The position numbers were made by a program, and so were the translations under genes. From the sequence record SRR31156797_17769: DNA of 37,702 nt. The stretch is one strand, 5' to 3'. The notes under the pieces are model-generated. The model searched no databases. It was not told the DNA's origin and saw nothing but the letters and a program-made list of their open reading frames with translations. Below, one piece after another: positions 18,611-26,538 of this stretch (position 1 is the stretch's first letter; each line of letters opens with the position of its first letter).

Positions 18611-19395
18611 GAGAGTTCCTTTAAAGCGTAAGCGATGTGCGGGCCTTTTTCCGTGTTCAGAACATGAGCTTGAATACGGAAAACAGCGTTGATGGTTTCA
18701 GGGGTCAGGGTTGTTTCCACGCTTCCATGCGTGTGGACTCGGCCTTCATTTAGAATGACAAGTGTGTCACAGAAAGCTGCCGCCAGATTAAGATCGTGAA
18801 GGACGGCTACGATGGTTCGGTTCTTTTCGGACGTCAGTCGTTTGAGTTCGGTCATAGTGGTCAGTGCGTGACGAATATCCATGGATGAAGTTGGTTCGTC
18901 AAGGAGCAGAGCCGGTGTGTTTTGTGCCAGTCCTCGTGCCACGACAGTACGTTGCTTTTCTCCACCGGACAAGTCGGCCATATATCGATTTTTCAAGTCG
19001 CTGAGGTCCATGGATTTCAGCGAGCTTTCGACGATAGAGAGGTCGTTTTTTGATGGACGGGCGAACCGTTGGATATGTGGATGACGCCCCATGAGCACGG
19101 TCTCGAAAGCCGTGAATGGAAAATTGAAGTCGAGTTCCTGAGGGACCAGAGCGCACTGCTGAGCAAGTGCTTTTGGGATGATGGCTTTTACGGGAGTCGT
19201 GTTGAGTGTAACGGTTCCGTTTGTTGGAGAGCGATGTCCGGCCAGCAGACCAAGCAAGGTGGATTTACCACTGCCGTTGGGTCCGACGATGCCGTATAAG
19301 TGTCCCGGTTCAAAGGAGAGGTTGATATCGTGGAGCACCGGCGTATCGGTGTAACCGAAGGAGACGTCTTTGAGTGTAAAGGTGGCGGTGTGCAT
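18607..19395 (-). CDS. ABC transporter ATP-binding protein (BtuD/FepC-like)
   Basis: GPNGSGKST, VLMGRHPH, LSGGEKQR, LLLDEPT, VLHDLNLAA. Confidence 0.93.
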   Translation of the reverse strand: MHTATFTLKDVSFGYTDTPVLHDINLSFEPGHLYGIVGPNGSGKSTLLGLLAGHRSPTNGTVTLNTTPVKAIIPKALAQQCALVPQELDFNFPFTAFETVLMGRHPHIQRFARPSKNDLSIVESSLKSMDLSDLKNRYMADLSGGEKQRTVVARGLAQNTPALLLDEPTSSMDIRHALTTMTELKRLTSEKNRTIVAVLHDLNLAAAFCDTLVILNEGRVHTHGSVETTLTPETINAVFRIQAHVLNTEKGPHIAYALKELS

Positions 19396-19398
19396 GGA

Positions 19399-20430
19399 TT
19401 ACCCCCGGTGCCTTTTGGAGCGGGTGAATATCCAACAGAAGATCGGTCCGCCGATGAGCGCGGTGAGAACGCCGATGGGAACTTCATGGGGGAGGCCTGT
19501 GCGGGTCAGGGTGTCGGCTGCGAGTAACAGTATAGCTCCGCTTAAGCCTGAGGCAGGCAGAAGCCAACGGTTGTCCGGCCCGATAATCATGCGCATGAGA
19601 TGAGGAATAATTAATCCCACGAAGCCGATGACCCCGGAAACGGAAACACAGACCGCGCTGATCAAGGACGCTGTGACCAGAAGCGTGAGACGAACTTTGC
19701 CCGTATCCACGCCCAGACTTTTGGCTGAGCGAGCCCCCAGACTCATGATGTTGAGGTCGCGAGCGAAAAACAGGCAGACCGCAAAGCCAAACAGGCTGGT
19801 TCCTGCGGTCAGAATAACGTCAGTCCAGGTGCGGGCTACAAAGCTTCCCATGAGCCAGAATACAATGACCGAGACTTTTTCGTCGGCCAGATATTTGATG
19901 CAGCTCAGTCCGGCTGACAGAATAGCGGAAACAATGACACCTGCCAGTATCAGGTTGGTGGGAGACAACTCCCCGTCGCGTCCAGACATGGCGATGACTG
20001 CGAAAAGCGTGGCTGTTGCCCCGGCGAAAGCCATGAGCAGTAGTGTTGTCTGGCCGAAGAAGGACAGGCCAAGCAAGAGACTTAAGGCCGCTCCGAAGGC
20101 CGCACCGGAAGAGACTCCCAATGTGAACGGATCGGCCAATGGGTTAAGGAGTAACCCTTGAAAGACTGTGCCGGCCACGGCAAGGCCAAAGCCAACAGCG
20201 GCGGCAGTGAGGATACGGGGAAGACGTACCTCGAAAATGACGCTTGTTTTGAGTGGGTCAATGGAATCCGCCGCCCCTCGCAGAGCATCCGTCAGTGCGG
20301 TCAGCACTTCTCCCGGCGAGACCGGGATGAAGCCAAGACCTGTGGCAATAATCACCAATGCGGCCAGTGAGGCTGCGAGTAAGGTGAGAGTTGCTCCTTT
20401 GCTGATGGTGGTACGAGAAACGGCGGTCAT
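19399..20430 (-). CDS. FecCD/BtuC family ABC permease
   Basis: RLPR, FQGLLLNPLADPFTLGVSSGA, A.SLGV, GVIGFVGLIIPH, PIGVLTALIGGP. Confidence 0.93.
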   Translation of the reverse strand: MTAVSRTTISKGATLTLLAASLAALVIIATGLGFIPVSPGEVLTALTDALRGAADSIDPLKTSVIFEVRLPRILTAAAVGFGLAVAGTVFQGLLLNPLADPFTLGVSSGAAFGAALSLLLGLSFFGQTTLLLMAFAGATATLFAVIAMSGRDGELSPTNLILAGVIVSAILSAGLSCIKYLADEKVSVIVFWLMGSFVARTWTDVILTAGTSLFGFAVCLFFARDLNIMSLGARSAKSLGVDTGKVRLTLLVTASLISAVCVSVSGVIGFVGLIIPHLMRMIIGPDNRWLLPASGLSGAILLLAADTLTRTGLPHEVPIGVLTALIGGPIFCWIFTRSKRHRG

Positions 20431-20439
20431 GAGATCCCT

Positions 20440-21423
20440 TTAGGGAAGCATGTGAGTTTGGGCCATGGCATCCTTCAGGTGGCGTACATAGATATCAGCC
20501 CATGTGTCGACAGAACCAAGACCTCGCAGGTCGATGGTCACATCAAAGCCTGCCTTGGTGAGCATGACTTTCCATGCATCATCTTCGTCACCGGCCATGT
20601 CGTTGGAAGCGTGGTCGCCTGCAACAATCATGAAGGGCTTGAGAAGAACCTTTTTGGAACCTGAAGCCTTGAGGTTCACCAGCATATCATCAAAAGCAGG
20701 GTAGCCTTCTACGCAGGCCACAAAGATCGGGTGACCATACGCTTTCTGCATTTCACTTTGGAACTGGGCGTAAATGCCGGTGGAGAAAAAGTCGTTGCCG
20801 TGTCCCATGTAGACAAGGGCAGCGTTCATTTTTTTAGCGGCATCGACGTCAGCTTTGAGAGCTTTGGTGGCAGCGGCGATGTCATCAGTATAAGGATACA
20901 CATCTCCGGGCATGCCCAGAGCCGGACGGCCAAGGCGCAAGCTTTTGAAGGGAATCGATTTTGCTTTGAGGGCGCGGATGGAGCGCAGGCCAATCATTGT
21001 TTGGGTCAAGTCGGAGAATTCTTCACCTGCAAAAACATGAAGGGACTGCACCGCAATAGCCTTGTAGCCTTCGTCCTGAAGGTCGGCGATGGTTGCCAGA
21101 GGACCCTTGACGCTGAGGATGTCAGCAGGCACACCAGCATTTTTTTTCTGCCATGCCGTGTCATTTTGGCGTTCATGCCAAATGTCGCGGATAATGCTTG
21201 AGGTGAAGGCTAGTTTGACCGGAACACCGGGGTAGGCCTTTTCAACCTTGTCGCGAATATTCAGGATGGATTTGAGTGCTTCGGGATATGACGTTCCGAA
21301 TGCGGCCAAGACGATAGCGTCTTTGACCGGGCCTTTTTCATGATGTCCGGCCTGCGCCGGGGCCACCATGAGGACCGCGAGAAGACAGGAGAATAGTGCG
21401 ACATTGAGTCTGTGGATAGACAT
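20440..21423 (-). CDS. cbiK: Periplasmic CbiK-type cobaltochelatase (CbiK-P)
   Basis: Sec signal ending AQA; AIVLAAFGTS, AFTSSIIR, QSLHVFAGEEF, VYMGHGN, VEGYP, VAGDHASNDMAG. Confidence 0.9.
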   Translation of the reverse strand: MSIHRLNVALFSCLLAVLMVAPAQAGHHEKGPVKDAIVLAAFGTSYPEALKSILNIRDKVEKAYPGVPVKLAFTSSIIRDIWHERQNDTAWQKKNAGVPADILSVKGPLATIADLQDEGYKAIAVQSLHVFAGEEFSDLTQTMIGLRSIRALKAKSIPFKSLRLGRPALGMPGDVYPYTDDIAAATKALKADVDAAKKMNAALVYMGHGNDFFSTGIYAQFQSEMQKAYGHPIFVACVEGYPAFDDMLVNLKASGSKKVLLKPFMIVAGDHASNDMAGDEDDAWKVMLTKAGFDVTIDLRGLGSVDTWADIYVRHLKDAMAQTHMLP

Positions 21424-21455
21424 GACAACTCCAAGAGAGGCTGATTGGGGGAAAT

Positions 21456-21490
21456 GAGAAAACCCTTCCTCGACGATTTTCGAGGAAGGG
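21456..21490 (-). terminator. Riboswitch expression-platform terminator hairpin
   Basis: Perfect 10-bp stem CCCTTCCTCG / CGAGGAAGGG followed on the minus strand by TTTTCTC, between aptamer and cbiK-P RBS. Confidence 0.7.
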
Positions 21491-21555
21491 AGACCGTTTT
21501 ATCCCTTCGTACCTGTAGTGGTAAGCCCTCGTACCACCGAGGCAAAACCTATGGC

Positions 21556-21714
21556 TTTCCAGGCAGGTCTTCCGGCTGGCCCCTTCTGCTTTCGCCTTCC
21601 CAAGGAAGTTCCTCAGTGGCATGAAAGAAAGCAGTCTGGCGGGGCGTCACGGCGGCGGGTCCGCTCCCGATTTACACGGGATTCCCTATGAAGTCCTTTC
21701 GGACACCTGAAAGG
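21556..21714 (-). ncRNA. Cobalamin riboswitch
   Basis: Minus strand: AGGTG..ATAGGGAATCCCGTGTAAATCGGGAGCGGACCCGCCGCCGTGA..GCCACTG..GGGAAGGC..AGCCGGAAGACCTGCC (B12 box); directly upstream of cobalt chelatase and transport genes. Confidence 0.95.
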
Positions 21715-21719
21715 AGTCT

Positions 21720-21747
21720 ACTATGCTTGTAGAGTTGATCGTGTCAA
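21720..21747 (-). promoter_or_regulatory. Putative sigma70 promoter for the riboswitch leader, embedded in the cheA 3' end
   Basis: TTGACA (21747-21742), 16-nt spacer, CATAGT (21725-21720); implied start site is at the aptamer 5' end. Confidence 0.6.
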
Positions 21748-23403
21748 GCTGGCAGTGGCTCCCTGTTCCATACGTTCTTGGAAATGCTGGATCATTTTTT
21801 CCGTGTCGATAACCAGTGCGTCGGATTCACCCATCATGCCGTAACCAAGGATGGGAATATGGAATATTTCTTCCACCGGGACAGTGAAGCCCGTGATGAC
21901 TACCTGCTGCTGTTTAAGCACTTCATCGACTAGGATGGCTGCCTTATATTCGCCTACACGGACGACAATGGCCTGAGCCATTTCTATATTGTTTTGTTCC
22001 GGTGTCAGGTCCAGAAGGTCCGCCAGTCTAAGCAGTGAATGGACTTCACCGCGCACGTCTACAGTTTCACGTCCATCGGGCAGTTCCACCACATCGTTGA
22101 GGCGTGGCATGTAGATTTCCATCACGTCCCGGCTGGGAACGATGAAGGTATCTCCGCCGACCTTGCAGACCAAGGCTTCGACAATACCTTCGTTGGCTGA
22201 ACGATCAAGCGGGATTTCGATGGTAAAGGCCGCTCCCTTGCCGAATTCACTTTCAATTTCAACATCGCCGTCCAGCGTGACCTTGATGGCATTGACGACT
22301 GCGTCCATGCCGACACCGCGCCCGGAGACATCCGTGATTTGTTCGGCAGTGGAGAAGCCACTTTGGAGGACAAACTGGAGGATTTCCCTTTGTTCGTATT
22401 CGGTTTCGGGGTCAGCCAGTCCTTTTTCAAGGGCCTTGGCAAGGATTCTGTCCGGATCAAGTCCTCGACCATCATCCTTGACTTGAATATAAGCGTTATC
22501 GCCTTTGCGCCATGCCGCCAGAGTGACAACGCCGGTTTCTTTTTTGCCTGCGTTTTTACGTCCCTCAGGATCTTCCAGTCCATGGTCTACGGCGTTTCTG
22601 AGCAAGTGGACCAAGGGTTCGTTAAGGCTTTCAACAATGGTTTTGTCCAGAGCCAGTTCGTCACCTTCGACAACAAAGTCGAGTTTTTTGCCGATTTTTT
22701 GGCTCAGGCTTTTGACCAGCCGGTGCATTGGCATGAAAATCTGTTTGAGTGGCACCAGTCGGATGGCATTCACTTCTTGTTGAAGTCTGCTGATGACATT
22801 ATCAAGCTCACGTAAAGAAGAGGCTACCTGATTCATATTGCTCGCACCGCCTTGGGCGATGACAGCGTATGTGACCATGAGCTTACCTACCAGTTCGATC
22901 ACTCGGTCCAGTCTGTCCGTACCGACCCGGATGGATGAGATTGCCTGTGCTGAAGGTTTGGCTTCTGGTTTGGCCTTGTCCGGTTCCGTTTTTTTCTTTT
23001 CCTTGGGCTTTTCGATTTCTTCCGCAGGTTCTGTTTCAGCTGTTGCTGTAGCGGGCTCTTCAAACGCCTTTGCTGCATCTGCTTCGGATTCTTCGACAAC
23101 AGACGTGGATTTTGTTTCGATTTTAGCTAGAGCGTCGGCACTGTTGTCGAGCAGGCCACCTAGAGCGAAAAAGAATTTTTTTTGTGCCTCACAAATACCG
23201 AGCATTGCGGTGATGATGTCTGCGTTGACAGGAGCAATCCCGTCCGAAAGCATATCAAGAATGGCGATGACTCCGGCAGAGGAGAGGCGCATATGCGACA
23301 GGCCGAGTGCATCGACAACCTCTCCGGCTCCCTGGCCGGTGGCGTCTACTTCGAGGATTTGTTTTTCTATGTCCTCGATGCACTGAATAATGCTGTCTTG
23401 CAT
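21721..23403 (-). CDS. cheA: CheA-type histidine kinase (dimerisation, HATPase and CheW domains) lacking a recognisable P1 H-box
   Basis: SIRV...LD....VG, EPLVHLLRNAVDHGLE, DDGRGLD, GFSTAEQITDVSGRGVGMD, C-terminal CheW-like domain. Confidence 0.88.
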   Translation of the reverse strand: MQDSIIQCIEDIEKQILEVDATGQGAGEVVDALGLSHMRLSSAGVIAILDMLSDGIAPVNADIITAMLGICEAQKKFFFALGGLLDNSADALAKIETKSTSVVEESEADAAKAFEEPATATAETEPAEEIEKPKEKKKTEPDKAKPEAKPSAQAISSIRVGTDRLDRVIELVGKLMVTYAVIAQGGASNMNQVASSLRELDNVISRLQQEVNAIRLVPLKQIFMPMHRLVKSLSQKIGKKLDFVVEGDELALDKTIVESLNEPLVHLLRNAVDHGLEDPEGRKNAGKKETGVVTLAAWRKGDNAYIQVKDDGRGLDPDRILAKALEKGLADPETEYEQREILQFVLQSGFSTAEQITDVSGRGVGMDAVVNAIKVTLDGDVEIESEFGKGAAFTIEIPLDRSANEGIVEALVCKVGGDTFIVPSRDVMEIYMPRLNDVVELPDGRETVDVRGEVHSLLRLADLLDLTPEQNNIEMAQAIVVRVGEYKAAILVDEVLKQQQVVITGFTVPVEEIFHIPILGYGMMGESDALVIDTEKMIQHFQERMEQGATASLTRSTLQA

Positions 23404-23413
23404 GAATTTCCCC

Positions 23414-24139
23414 TTATTGAGTCGTGAAATAGGTGTCTTCGTCCGGGTAGACGGCGATGGTCTGGTCGAATCCCCAGGAATATAATGTTACTTTGGCATC
23501 TGGTGTGAGATTGCAGGCGGCGACTTTGAATGTCGTCCCCATACTGGCAACAGCCCCCCAGGCCCCGGAGCCGAAAGTCAGTACTTCGGAGAGGTCAAGC
23601 AGGATGGAGTCACCCGGTTCAACGCCGAGGATCGCTGAAATAATCGGTTTGAAATGTGTATCTTGATGAACGCGTGGATCTTTGACGCGGATGATGGTCA
23701 CAGCGTCGCGAATTTCCACTTCGACGCCTGCTCCCGTGACTTCGGTTTCGGCCATGCCGCTGCTTGAAGCCTCGGTAATGAGGGAGAGAACTTCTTCTTG
23801 TTCTTCTTCATCAAGGTTGTCGTCGCGAAGTTGTTCCAACACTTGAAAAATCATGTTCACGCCACGCGAAAGCAGGGTGACGTTTTCCGAAGAGGACTCC
23901 ACTTCGCCGGACTGAACCTTTTTCAGGAAGTCTTCGATTTTATGGGTGAAGTGAGATGCTTCTTCAAACCCCGCCATGAATCCGGTCACACCTTTAATGG
24001 TATGCAGCGGGCGTGCGAGTATCTCGATGCCTTCACCAAGGTTGGCACCTTCAAGCATCTCAAGCCCTTCCATGACCTGGGGGTAATATTTGTCGTTGAC
24101 CTCGGAGAAGAACTCTTCGATCATAGGATCTTCGCTCAT
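23414..24139 (-). CDS. CheA-P1-like Hpt domain fused to a STAS-like domain
   Basis: FFSE..ARPLHTIKGVTGFM..HKIEDFL (Hpt H-box); C-terminal ILLDLSEVLTFGSGAWG...GFDQTIAVYPDE resembles STAS. Confidence 0.8.
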   Translation of the reverse strand: MSEDPMIEEFFSEVNDKYYPQVMEGLEMLEGANLGEGIEILARPLHTIKGVTGFMAGFEEASHFTHKIEDFLKKVQSGEVESSSENVTLLSRGVNMIFQVLEQLRDDNLDEEEQEEVLSLITEASSSGMAETEVTGAGVEVEIRDAVTIIRVKDPRVHQDTHFKPIISAILGVEPGDSILLDLSEVLTFGSGAWGAVASMGTTFKVAACNLTPDAKVTLYSWGFDQTIAVYPDEDTYFTTQ

Positions 24140-24152
24140 GAGCTATCCTTGG

Positions 24153-24548
24153 CTACTTGTTCAAGAGTCCGAGTTTTTCCAACTCATTATACAATCTTTC
24201 TTTAGCAATAGGCTTGACGATGTAAGCGGAAGCTTCGCCGTCGTAAAAAGTTTTTATGACCGTTTGAGGATCGTCGAGGGCCGTGGTCATTATGACTTTG
24301 ACCTTAGGTTTATAGCCTCTGTCCGTCTCAATAGATCGTATTTTTTGCAGCGCTTCAATTCCATCAACTTCGGGCATCATGATATCCATGAGAATGAGAT
24401 CATAAGGCTGTTTTTCTGCATGACCGATTTTGAAAGCCTCAACTGCTTCTCTTCCATTGACAACAATGTCCACTTCAAAAAGTGTCATCAAAAATGAACG
24501 GAGGACCTTTCGGCTGAGAAATTCATCTTCAACAATAAGTGCGCGCAT
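24153..24548 (-). CDS. Single-domain response regulator (CheY-like)
   Basis: LIVEDE, DLILMDIMMPEVDG, IMTTAL, YIVKP. Confidence 0.92.
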   Translation of the reverse strand: MRALIVEDEFLSRKVLRSFLMTLFEVDIVVNGREAVEAFKIGHAEKQPYDLILMDIMMPEVDGIEALQKIRSIETDRGYKPKVKVIMTTALDDPQTVIKTFYDGEASAYIVKPIAKERLYNELEKLGLLNK

Positions 24549-24735
24549 CACTTTCTCCGGTTATAACCTGATGAAAAAGGGCTTGTTACTCTCTTTTCGA
24601 CCTTAAAACAGAAAAAAGTCAATATGATGATAAAAAATTATCATACGTATTACATACGTGTTTTTTTGTCTTTTGGACACCCTCTCATGAGTTCTTCATA
24701 CTTGCAAATCTGCGTGAGAATCGTTACCAACCCGC

Positions 24736-25326
24736 ATGTCTCGCGAAATAACAGAGAAAAGAAAGCAACGGATTGATCAGGTTCTAGCCAAGCGGCAGAA
24801 GGATCTGACTATGGTAATGGACAATATTTGGGATCCGCATAATGTTTCGGCTGTGCTGAGAAGTTGTGACGCTTTTGGCGTTTTTGGAGTCCATTTGTAC
24901 TATACCACTTCGGAGTGGCCGGATTTGGCCAAGAAAAGTTCGGCATCCGCAAAAAAGTGGATTCAGCGTACACGCCATATTGATGCGGCAAGTATGGTGG
25001 AAGATTTGCGCGGTCAGGGAATGCAAATTCTCAGGACTGGGTTTTCCGAAACGGCAAAGCCTGTTACTGCTTTTGATTTTACTCGTCCCACGGCTGTAAT
25101 CTTGAGCAATGAGCATCGGGGAACTTCTCCTGAACTGGCCGAATTAGTTCAGGACGAGATATACATTCCCATGCACGGTATGGTACAGAGTTTTAATGTT
25201 TCTGTGGCTGCGGCTATTATCTTGTATGAAGCCTCAACGCAGCGGGATCGAGCTGGTATGTATGAAACCTCTTCGTTCCCTGAAGACGAACTCGAAAAAC
25301 TTAAAGCCGAATGGTATACGCGATAG
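24736..25326 (+). CDS. trmH: TrmH/SpoU family tRNA 2'-O-methyltransferase
   Basis: DPHNVSAVLRSCDAFG, SASAKKW, NEHRG, IPMHGMVQSFNVSVAAAIILYEA..QR. Confidence 0.9.
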   Translation: MSREITEKRKQRIDQVLAKRQKDLTMVMDNIWDPHNVSAVLRSCDAFGVFGVHLYYTTSEWPDLAKKSSASAKKWIQRTRHIDAASMVEDLRGQGMQILRTGFSETAKPVTAFDFTRPTAVILSNEHRGTSPELAELVQDEIYIPMHGMVQSFNVSVAAAIILYEASTQRDRAGMYETSSFPEDELEKLKAEWYTR

Positions 25327-25333
25327 GAGTATA

Positions 25334-25948
25334 ATGATGCATGATTTATTGAAGGTCATGAACTCCGGCGGTGTCGTTCTCTATCCCACTGAGACGTTAT
25401 ATGCCGTAGGATGTGATGCAACAAGTCAGGAAGCGTGTGAAAAAGTGGCGACCATCAAAGGTCGTGCAGAAGATAAACCGCTTCCGTTAATTATCGGCGG
25501 CATGGATATGCTCGAATTGGTCACAGAGGAGAGCACGGCTCCATTAATTCACTTGGCGGAAGTTTTTTGGCCAGGCCCATTGTCTATTCTGGTCAAAGCG
25601 TTGCCGGAATTGCCGGAACTGCTATCTGATGATGAAGGATATACCTCAGTTCGATATAGTGGACATCCGTTTGCCGCAGAATTGTCCCGGCGTATGAAGA
25701 AACCGCTTGTTGCCACTAGCGCCAATCTTTCTGACAAGCCCCCAGTGGCTCTTCCTGAAGACATTGATCCGGAATTGCTTGAATTGGTGGACAAAGCGTA
25801 TCTTGATCCACCGTGGCCCCGTGGTAACAAGCCTTCAACGGTTGTCCGCCTGGTTGGTGCTTCTCAGTTGGAAGTCCTGAGGGAAGGTGCTGTGACCGTC
25901 AAGATGCTTTGCGACAAAGGATATTCTGTTTCCGTCAAGACATCATAA
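25334..25948 (+). CDS. tsaC: L-threonylcarbamoyladenylate synthase (TsaC/YrdC, short form)
   Basis: YPTETLYA, KGR..KPL, FWPGPLS, ATSANLS, PSTVV; AGGAG RBS; start 25334 or 25337. Confidence 0.9.
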   Translation: MMHDLLKVMNSGGVVLYPTETLYAVGCDATSQEACEKVATIKGRAEDKPLPLIIGGMDMLELVTEESTAPLIHLAEVFWPGPLSILVKALPELPELLSDDEGYTSVRYSGHPFAAELSRRMKKPLVATSANLSDKPPVALPEDIDPELLELVDKAYLDPPWPRGNKPSTVVRLVGASQLEVLREGAVTVKMLCDKGYSVSVKTS

Positions 25949-25974
25949 TTTTTTAATTTATCATCGTTTAAACT

Positions 25975-26008
25975 GGCTTCTCTCCATTATGGGGAGAAGC
26001 CTTTTTTT
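25975..26008 (+). terminator. Intrinsic terminator after tsaC
   Basis: GGCTTCTCTCCA / TGGGGAGAAGCC stem followed by T7. Confidence 0.85.
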
Positions 26009-26224
26009 GATGAAAATGAATTTGTTGAAACTGTTTTGGATGTTTCTTGGAGGCTTGGGGTTAAAATTTGTACTCGGAAACACGATAAATGGCGTTTCTT
26101 AGAGAACCGGTAAAAAATATTGTACTTACTCAGGCAGAAAAAATAGGAGTGTTAAATAAATTTCATATATTTAACATATTAATATAATTATATTTATTTT
26201 TTATTTTACCTTTATAAATTCGTT

Positions 26225-26240
26225 TGGCACGAGGGTTGCT
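26225..26240 (+). promoter_or_regulatory. Sigma54 (-24/-12) promoter
   Basis: TGGCACGAGGGTTGCT matches TGGCACG-N4-TTGCW with exact GG-N10-GC spacing; preceded by a very AT-rich tract. Confidence 0.85.
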
Positions 26241-26249
26241 ATATTAAAA

Positions 26250-26320
26250 GCATCTTCCTTCTTTTATTTTGCACACGAGAAACACAAGGCTTCACCGGAC
26301 GGTCCGATGAAGCCTTTCTC
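26250..26320 (+). ncRNA. Candidate sigma54-dependent small RNA
   Basis: Starts at the predicted +1; pyrimidine-rich 5' end CATCTTCCTTCTTTT; ends in the hairpin AAGGCTTCAcCGGA-cgg-TCCGaTGAAGCCTT plus TCTC; no credible ORF. Confidence 0.6.
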
Positions 26321-26538
26321 GCGTGGGGTGAGTGAAATATATTTTATCATTAAACACAGATATTTGCGTCTTTAGTGCTCGTCTGGCTTTATCGTTGCAC
26401 ATGGAACCGAAGGTGATACTTTTGTTTTTTCATTGAGAACTGGCAGAGTTAAAAAAGTTGAATTTTGATTCACTGTTTGACTTGGCGGTCCTGATTATGG
26501 AGACTTTATTGAAGTGAACCTGTGAATTGGAGTCAGTC

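Noticed and set aside
23395-23420. Frameshifted or pseudogenised single cheA
   Set aside because: The upstream ORF ends in a separate STAS-like domain with a clean TAA, and the downstream ORF has its own AAGGGG RBS and ATG; no slippery site is evident.
26100-26225. AT-rich tract as replication origin or foreign island
   Set aside because: No DnaA-box cluster or mobility genes are seen; it is better explained as the upstream region of the sigma54 promoter.
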